This document shows positions 44,448 through 49,708 of a stretch of 49,708 nt of DNA, piece by piece. The position numbers and the translations under genes are program-made. How positions within the stretch are numbered: position 1 is the stretch's first letter; each line of letters begins with the position of its first letter. The DNA comes from Pseudomonas sp. (GTDB taxonomy: Bacteria; Pseudomonadota; Gammaproteobacteria; Pseudomonadales; Pseudomonadaceae), in contig DATJDB010000180.1 in NCBI GenBank assembly GCA_035497635.1, positions 1 through 49,708 on the forward strand, in the 5' to 3' direction. The notes below the pieces were generated by a model. It was not told the DNA's origin. It saw only the letters and a list, made by a program, of their open reading frames with translations, and ran no database searches.

Positions 44448-45074
44448 ATGTCCTCTGTTGTCGCCCTCGACCGCCTGCTCGATACACGCCGTGTGTGGCG
44501 TGGTCAGGCCGTCATCGCCGCTTCCGCCAGCCAGCCGACCGGGCACGCCGAGCTGGACGCCGCCCTGCCCGGCGGCGGCTGGCCGGACGCCGCGCTGAGC
44601 GAAATTCTCGTCGCCGCCAGTGGCCTGGGCGAGTTGCGCCTGCTGTGGCCGACCCTGGCACGTCTCACCGCTTCAGACGAACGGGTGGTGCTGGTCGCCC
44701 CGCCCCATATCCCCTATCCGCAGGCCTGGCTGGCGGCAGGCGTCGATCTGCGACATCTGAATATCGTGCGGGCAACCGGCCGCGACGCCCTGTGGGCTGC
44801 CGAGCAGTGCCTGCGTTCGGGCTGTTGCGGTGCTGTGTTGTGCTGGCCGAAGCAGGCGGACGACCGCGCCCTGCGTCGCCTGCAGATTGCCGCCGAAACC
44901 GGCCAGACCCTGGCCTTCGCTTACCGTCCGCTGCAGGAAGCGGCCAATCCTTCGCCCGCGGCCCTGCGCCTGACCGTAGACGCAGAAGGAGTGCGCATCC
45001 TCAAGTGTCGTGGCGGCCTGGCCCCGGCCCGGCCGATTGCCACACCGGCCTTTGCCGCAAGCGGCGGGCACTGA
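44448..45074 (+). CDS. imuA: Translesion synthesis protein ImuA
   Basis: VWRG, PTGH.ELDAALPGGGWP..ALSEIL, GELRLLWP.L, LWAAEQCLRSG, LRRLQ.AAE.G, SPAALRL, ILKCRGG. Confidence 0.92.
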   Translation: MSSVVALDRLLDTRRVWRGQAVIAASASQPTGHAELDAALPGGGWPDAALSEILVAASGLGELRLLWPTLARLTASDERVVLVAPPHIPYPQAWLAAGVDLRHLNIVRATGRDALWAAEQCLRSGCCGAVLCWPKQADDRALRRLQIAAETGQTLAFAYRPLQEAANPSPAALRLTVDAEGVRILKCRGGLAPARPIATPAFAASGGH

Positions 45075-45080
45075 GGCCGC

Positions 45081-46490
45081 ATGCGCTGGGCCTGCATCCT
45101 GCTGCCGCAACTGGCCATGGATGGCGTGCTACGCCAGCACGCCGACGCGGATGCGCCGTTGGCCTTGCTGGCCGGCCCCGCACAACGACGCCGAATCCAG
45201 GCGGTCAATCCTGCGGCGCGTGCCCTGGGCCTGAGGCCCGGCCAGTCGCTGACCGCTGCCCAGGCACTCAGCCAGAACTTCGCCACAGCCGAATATGATC
45301 AGACGGCTATCGAGCGCGGCCAGCAGTTGCTGGCCGCCTGGGCGTATCGCTTCAGCGCCCAGGTCAGCCTGCACTATCCGCGCTGCTTGCTGATGGAGGT
45401 GCATTCCTGCCTCGGGCTGTTCGGTCCCTGGCCGCGCTTCGAGGCGCGTCTGCGCGAAGAGCTGGCTGCACTGGGTTTCCAGCACCGCATCACCGTCGCG
45501 CCCAATCCCGCCGCCGCTCGGGTGCTAGCCAATGTCCATGATGGACTGGCGGTGGACGACGGCCCGGCGCTGCAGCAGGCGCTGAGCCAGTTGCCGGTGG
45601 ATCGCCTCGGCTTCTCTCGCGAGGCGTCTACTGCCTTTGCCCGCATGGGTGTACGCAGCCTGGCGCAGATTCTCGCCCTGCCACGTGACGGCCTGGCCAA
45701 ACGCTTCCCTGCCGAGGTGCTGATTAAGCTCGACATGCTGCTCGGCCAGCGCCCACTGCCCCTGGAGTTCTACCGGCCGCCGGATGTGTTCGAGGCGCGC
45801 ATTGAGCTGAATTTTGAGGTCGAGTCGCACCAGGCGCTGCTCTTCCCGCTGCGTCGCCTGACCGCCGACCTGGCCGCCTATCTGGCGGGACGCGACAGCG
45901 GCGTGCAGCGTTTCGTCCTGCATCTCGAACACCGCAACCGGCCCGCCAGTCAGGTGCCGGTCGGCCTGCTAAGCGCCGAGCGCGAGGCGGCCATGCTGTT
46001 CGAACTGACCCGTGGCCGCCTGGAGCAGCAGCAACTGCCGGAGCCGGTGTTGGCGGTACGACTGATTGCCCATGACTTGCCGCCCTTCGTTCCAGAACAT
46101 CAGGTGTTGTTCGAGGAGCGCCCACAACAATCGCTGCCGTGGGAACAATTGCGCGAGCGCCTGCGCGCCCGCCTCGGCGACGATGCCGTGCAGGGTCTCG
46201 GTGCCCGCGCCGACCATCGTCCCGAGCAAGCCTGGGACACCCAACCGGTAAACGGGGCCCTGCCGCCCTGCGGTCCTCGCCCCGGCTGGCTGCTGACCGA
46301 GCCACAGCCGCTGCGCGAAGGCACCGTGCGCCTGCTAAGCGGCCCGGAACGCATCGAGTCCGGCTGGTGGGACGGCGGGGATGTGCGCCGCGACTATTAC
46401 CTGATCGAAACCCGCACCGGTCAGCGCGGCTGGGCATTCCGCCCGGTCGGCGGCGGTGGGCCGCTGCTGCTGCAGGGCTGGTTCGCATGA
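45081..46490 (+). CDS. imuB: ImuB, Y-family polymerase-like accessory
   Basis: [68 protein letters not shown]. Confidence 0.93.
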   Translation: MRWACILLPQLAMDGVLRQHADADAPLALLAGPAQRRRIQAVNPAARALGLRPGQSLTAAQALSQNFATAEYDQTAIERGQQLLAAWAYRFSAQVSLHYPRCLLMEVHSCLGLFGPWPRFEARLREELAALGFQHRITVAPNPAAARVLANVHDGLAVDDGPALQQALSQLPVDRLGFSREASTAFARMGVRSLAQILALPRDGLAKRFPAEVLIKLDMLLGQRPLPLEFYRPPDVFEARIELNFEVESHQALLFPLRRLTADLAAYLAGRDSGVQRFVLHLEHRNRPASQVPVGLLSAEREAAMLFELTRGRLEQQQLPEPVLAVRLIAHDLPPFVPEHQVLFEERPQQSLPWEQLRERLRARLGDDAVQGLGARADHRPEQAWDTQPVNGALPPCGPRPGWLLTEPQPLREGTVRLLSGPERIESGWWDGGDVRRDYYLIETRTGQRGWAFRPVGGGGPLLLQGWFA

Positions 46491-49400
46491 ACGACTACGC
46501 CGAACTGCACTGCCTGTCGCACTTCAGCTTTCAGCGCGGTGCCTCCAGCGCGTCTGAGTTGTTCGAGCGTGCCGCGCGGCTCGGCTACCGGGCCCTGGCG
46601 ATCACCGACGAATGCACCCTGGCCGGCATCGTGCGCGCCTGGCAGGCTGCAAAGGAGCATGAGCTGCCGTTGCTCATCGGCAGCGAGATGCGCATCGAGG
46701 ACGGTCCGAAGCTGGTCCTGCTGGTCGAGAACCTGACCGGCTACCAAGCACTGTGTGGGCTGATTACCCAGGCCAGACGTCGCGCCGAAAAAGGCCGCTA
46801 TCGCCTGCTGCGCGAGGATTTCGACGTGCCGCTGGACGGTCTGCTGGCCATCTGGCTACCGGAGGATGATGCCGCTGGCCATGCCTCCTGGCTGCGCGCG
46901 CTGTTCCCGCAACGGCTATGGCTGGGCGTCGAACTGCACCGGGGCCCGGATGATGCCGCACGGTTAAAGCACCTGCTAGCGATCGCCCGCGCCCTCGACC
47001 TGCCGGCGGTGGCCTGCGGCGACGTGCACATGCACGCCCGCGGACGCCGCGCCCTGCAGGATTGCATGACCGCCATTCGCCACCACCTGCCGGTGAGCGA
47101 GGCCGGCGCCTACCTGTTTCCCAATGGCGAACGCCACCTGCGCCGCCGCGAGGAGCTGGCCGAGCTCTACCCGCCCGAGCTGCTCGCCGAAACCCTGCGC
47201 ATCGCCGCGCGCTGCAGCTTCGACCTCGGCCAGTTGCGCTACCAGTACCCGCAGGAGCTGGTTCCCTCGGGGCACGACCCGGCCGGCTGGCTGCGCGAGC
47301 TGGTCGACCAGGGCGCCCGCACGCGCTGGCCGCACGGCGTGCCGGACAAGGCCCGCGCGCTGATCGAGCATGAACTGGCGATGATCGCCGAGCTGAAGTA
47401 CGAGAGCTACTTCCTCACCGTCCACGACATCGTCCGCTGGGCCCGCGAGCGGGGCATCCTCTGCCAGGGGCGCGGCTCGGCCGCCAACTCGACGGTATGC
47501 TTCGCGCTGGGCATCACCGAACTGGATCCGTCGCGCAGCAGGTTGTTGTTCGAGCGCTTCCTGTCCCGCGAGCGCAACGAGCCGCCGGACATCGACGTCG
47601 ACTTCGAGCACGAGCGCCGCGAGGAAGTCATCCAGTACATCTTCAAGCGCTACGGCCGCGAGCGCGCCGCGCTCACTGCGGTGGTCAGCACCTACCATGG
47701 CGCCGGCGCGGTGCGCGACGTGGCCAAGGCCCTCGGCCTGCCGCCGGATCAGGTGAGCGCCCTGGCCGACTGCTGTGGCCGCTGGAGCGACAAGCCACCG
47801 GCCGCCGAGCGCTTGGTCGAGGCCGGTTTCGATCCGGAGAATCCCCTGCTGCGTCGGGTGCTGGCGCTGACCGGCGAGCTGATCGGCTTCCCCCGGCACC
47901 TTTCGCAGCACCCTGGCGGCTTCGTCATCTCCCAGGAGCCGCTGGCCAGCCTGGTGCCGGTGGAAAACGCCAGCATGGCCGAGCGGACGGTGATCCAGTG
48001 GGACAAGGACGACCTGGACCTGGTCGGCCTGCTCAAGGTCGATGTGCTGGCCCTGGGCATGCTCAGCGCGCTGCGCCGCTGCTTCGACCTGATCAAACAC
48101 TACCGTGGCATGCACTGGACGCTGGCCAGCCTGCCCCAGGAAGACCCAGCGACCTACGCCATGATCAGCCGCGCCGACACCATCGGCGTGTTCCAGATCG
48201 AGTCGCGGGCGCAGATGGCCATGCTGCCGCGCCTGCGCCCGCAGACCTTCTACGACCTGGTGATCCAGGTGGCCATCGTGCGCCCCGGGCCGATCCAGGG
48301 CGACATGGTCCATCCCTACCTGCGTCGGCGCAACGGCGAGGAGCCGGTGCTCTACCCCTCCGACGAACTGGTACCGGTCTTCGAGCGCACCCTCGGCGTG
48401 CCGCTGTTCCAGGAACAGGTGATGGAGCTGGCGATGGTCGCCGCCGATTACACCCCGGGCGAGGCCGACGAACTGCGCCGCAGCATGGCGGCCTGGAAAC
48501 GCCACGGCGGCCTGGAAAAACACCGCGAGCGCCTGACTTCGCGGATGCTCGCCAAGCAGTACGCACCGGAGTTCATCGCGCGCATCTTCGAGCAGATCAA
48601 GGGCTTCGGCAGCTACGGCTTTCCCGAATCTCACGCAGCCAGCTTCGCGCTGCTCAGCTATGCCAGCAGTTGGCTGAAATGCCACGAACCGGCGGCCTTC
48701 GCCTGCGCGCTGATCAACAGCTGGCCGATGGGTTTCTACAGTCCCGACCAGGTGCTGCAGGACGCTCGCCGGCATGACATCGAAGTGCGCCCGGTCGATG
48801 TGCGCCACAGCGGCTGGGATTGCGCCCTGGAAGATGCCGGCGGTCGGCAGCCGGCGATCCGCCTGGGGCTGCGGATGATTCGTGGCTTCCGGCAGGCCGA
48901 TGCAGAGCGGATCGAGGCGACTCGCCAGACGCGACCGTTCACGGATATCGAAGACCTGAGCCTGCGCGCCGCTCTGGACGCCCGTGCCCGCGAACGCCTG
49001 GCCGATGCCGGGGCCCTGCGCGGCCTCGCCGGCCACCGCCACCGGGCGCGCTGGGCCGTGGCCGGAGTGGAACCCCAGCTGCCGCTGTTTGCCTCGGTAT
49101 CCGCCGGTGAGGAAACACCGGTAAACCTGCCGCTGCCCACAGTGAGCGAGGAGTTGTTTACAGACTACGCAACCCTGGGCACTACCCTCGGCCCGCATCC
49201 GCTGGCGCTGCTGCGTGGTCAGCTCAAGACCATGCGCTGTCGCAGCTCCCGTGAATTGCGCGAGAGCGAACCCGGCCGGCCAACCAGCGTCGCCGGTCTG
49301 GTCATCGGCCGCCAACGCCCACAGACAGCCAGCGGCGTGATCTTCGTGACTCTGGAGGACGAGTTTGGGCTGATCAACGTAATCGTCTGGCACGACCTCG

Positions 49401-49558
49401 CCGAACGCCAACGACGGGTACTGGTGCAGTCGCAGATGCTGCGTATCGACGGCCATCTGGAAGCGGCAGATGGCATTCGCCATGTCATTGCCGGCCGGCT
49501 GACGGACCTCACCCCGCTACTGACCGGGCTGGAGGTGCGGAGTCGGGATTTTCAGTGA
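46487..49558 (+). CDS. dnaE2: Error-prone DNA polymerase DnaE2 (ImuC)
   Basis: [16 protein letters not shown] (PHP), [48 protein letters not shown]-terminal SRDFQ motif. ATGA overlap with imuB. Confidence 0.96.
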   Translation: MNDYAELHCLSHFSFQRGASSASELFERAARLGYRALAITDECTLAGIVRAWQAAKEHELPLLIGSEMRIEDGPKLVLLVENLTGYQALCGLITQARRRAEKGRYRLLREDFDVPLDGLLAIWLPEDDAAGHASWLRALFPQRLWLGVELHRGPDDAARLKHLLAIARALDLPAVACGDVHMHARGRRALQDCMTAIRHHLPVSEAGAYLFPNGERHLRRREELAELYPPELLAETLRIAARCSFDLGQLRYQYPQELVPSGHDPAGWLRELVDQGARTRWPHGVPDKARALIEHELAMIAELKYESYFLTVHDIVRWARERGILCQGRGSAANSTVCFALGITELDPSRSRLLFERFLSRERNEPPDIDVDFEHERREEVIQYIFKRYGRERAALTAVVSTYHGAGAVRDVAKALGLPPDQVSALADCCGRWSDKPPAAERLVEAGFDPENPLLRRVLALTGELIGFPRHLSQHPGGFVISQEPLASLVPVENASMAERTVIQWDKDDLDLVGLLKVDVLALGMLSALRRCFDLIKHYRGMHWTLASLPQEDPATYAMISRADTIGVFQIESRAQMAMLPRLRPQTFYDLVIQVAIVRPGPIQGDMVHPYLRRRNGEEPVLYPSDELVPVFERTLGVPLFQEQVMELAMVAADYTPGEADELRRSMAAWKRHGGLEKHRERLTSRMLAKQYAPEFIARIFEQIKGFGSYGFPESHAASFALLSYASSWLKCHEPAAFACALINSWPMGFYSPDQVLQDARRHDIEVRPVDVRHSGWDCALEDAGGRQPAIRLGLRMIRGFRQADAERIEATRQTRPFTDIEDLSLRAALDARARERLADAGALRGLAGHRHRARWAVAGVEPQLPLFASVSAGEETPVNLPLPTVSEELFTDYATLGTTLGPHPLALLRGQLKTMRCRSSRELRESEPGRPTSVAGLVIGRQRPQTASGVIFVTLEDEFGLINVIVWHDLAERQRRVLVQSQMLRIDGHLEAADGIRHVIAGRLTDLTPLLTGLEVRSRDFQ

Positions 49559-49646
49559 CAGCCTTGTCGAAAAAAGCTGCAGTCGCTTTCCAGTGAGGCT
49601 GGCGAACGATGGTAAGCGTTCAGCCAAGTCACCTTCCGAACTCCAG

Positions 49647-49700
49647 CATTAAGGGCGATGGTGTCCGCGTATTTTTAAGCGGACGCGACCGTCCTTAATG
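49647..49700. repeat. Imperfect 22-bp inverted repeat (hairpin) downstream of dnaE2
   Basis: CATTAAGGGCGATGGTGTCCGC-gtatttttaa-GCGGACGCGACCGTCCTTAATG; 18 of 22 Watson-Crick pairs plus 2 G-U. Confidence 0.6.
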
Positions 49701-49708
49701 TCAGGATT

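Overview
GC-rich, Pseudomonas-like chromosomal segment that probably spans the replication terminus. From left to right it carries: a partial Xre/MbcA-RES toxin-antitoxin pair; a VOC/PhnB-like gene remnant with an internal deletion; a divergent heme module (cytochrome b fused to FNR and 2Fe-2S domains, facing SHP- and DHC-type cytochromes c); a Phd-RelE toxin-antitoxin pair; and zapE. Next is the alpha-glucan/trehalose stress cluster (glgE, treS-mak, glgB; glgA, treZ, malQ, treY, DUF2934, glgX; CBS protein, Zn-dehydrogenase, DUF72, ybhP-clsB-ybhN; CinA-like). It is followed by a tyrosine recombinase with a palindromic upstream site, a variant dif site where KOPS motifs converge, a 10-gene Wzx/Wzy exopolysaccharide operon with beta-barrel plus short-OPX export, and a LexA-boxed imuA-imuB-dnaE2 cassette. 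The best candidates for undescribed biology are (1) the cytochrome b-FNR-ferredoxin fusion, which could give the SHP/DHC system an NAD(P)H-fed trans-membrane electron supply, and (2) the non-XerCD recombinase with its own 11-6-11 site beside a degenerate dif. All calls come from reading motifs by eye; no database searches were run.
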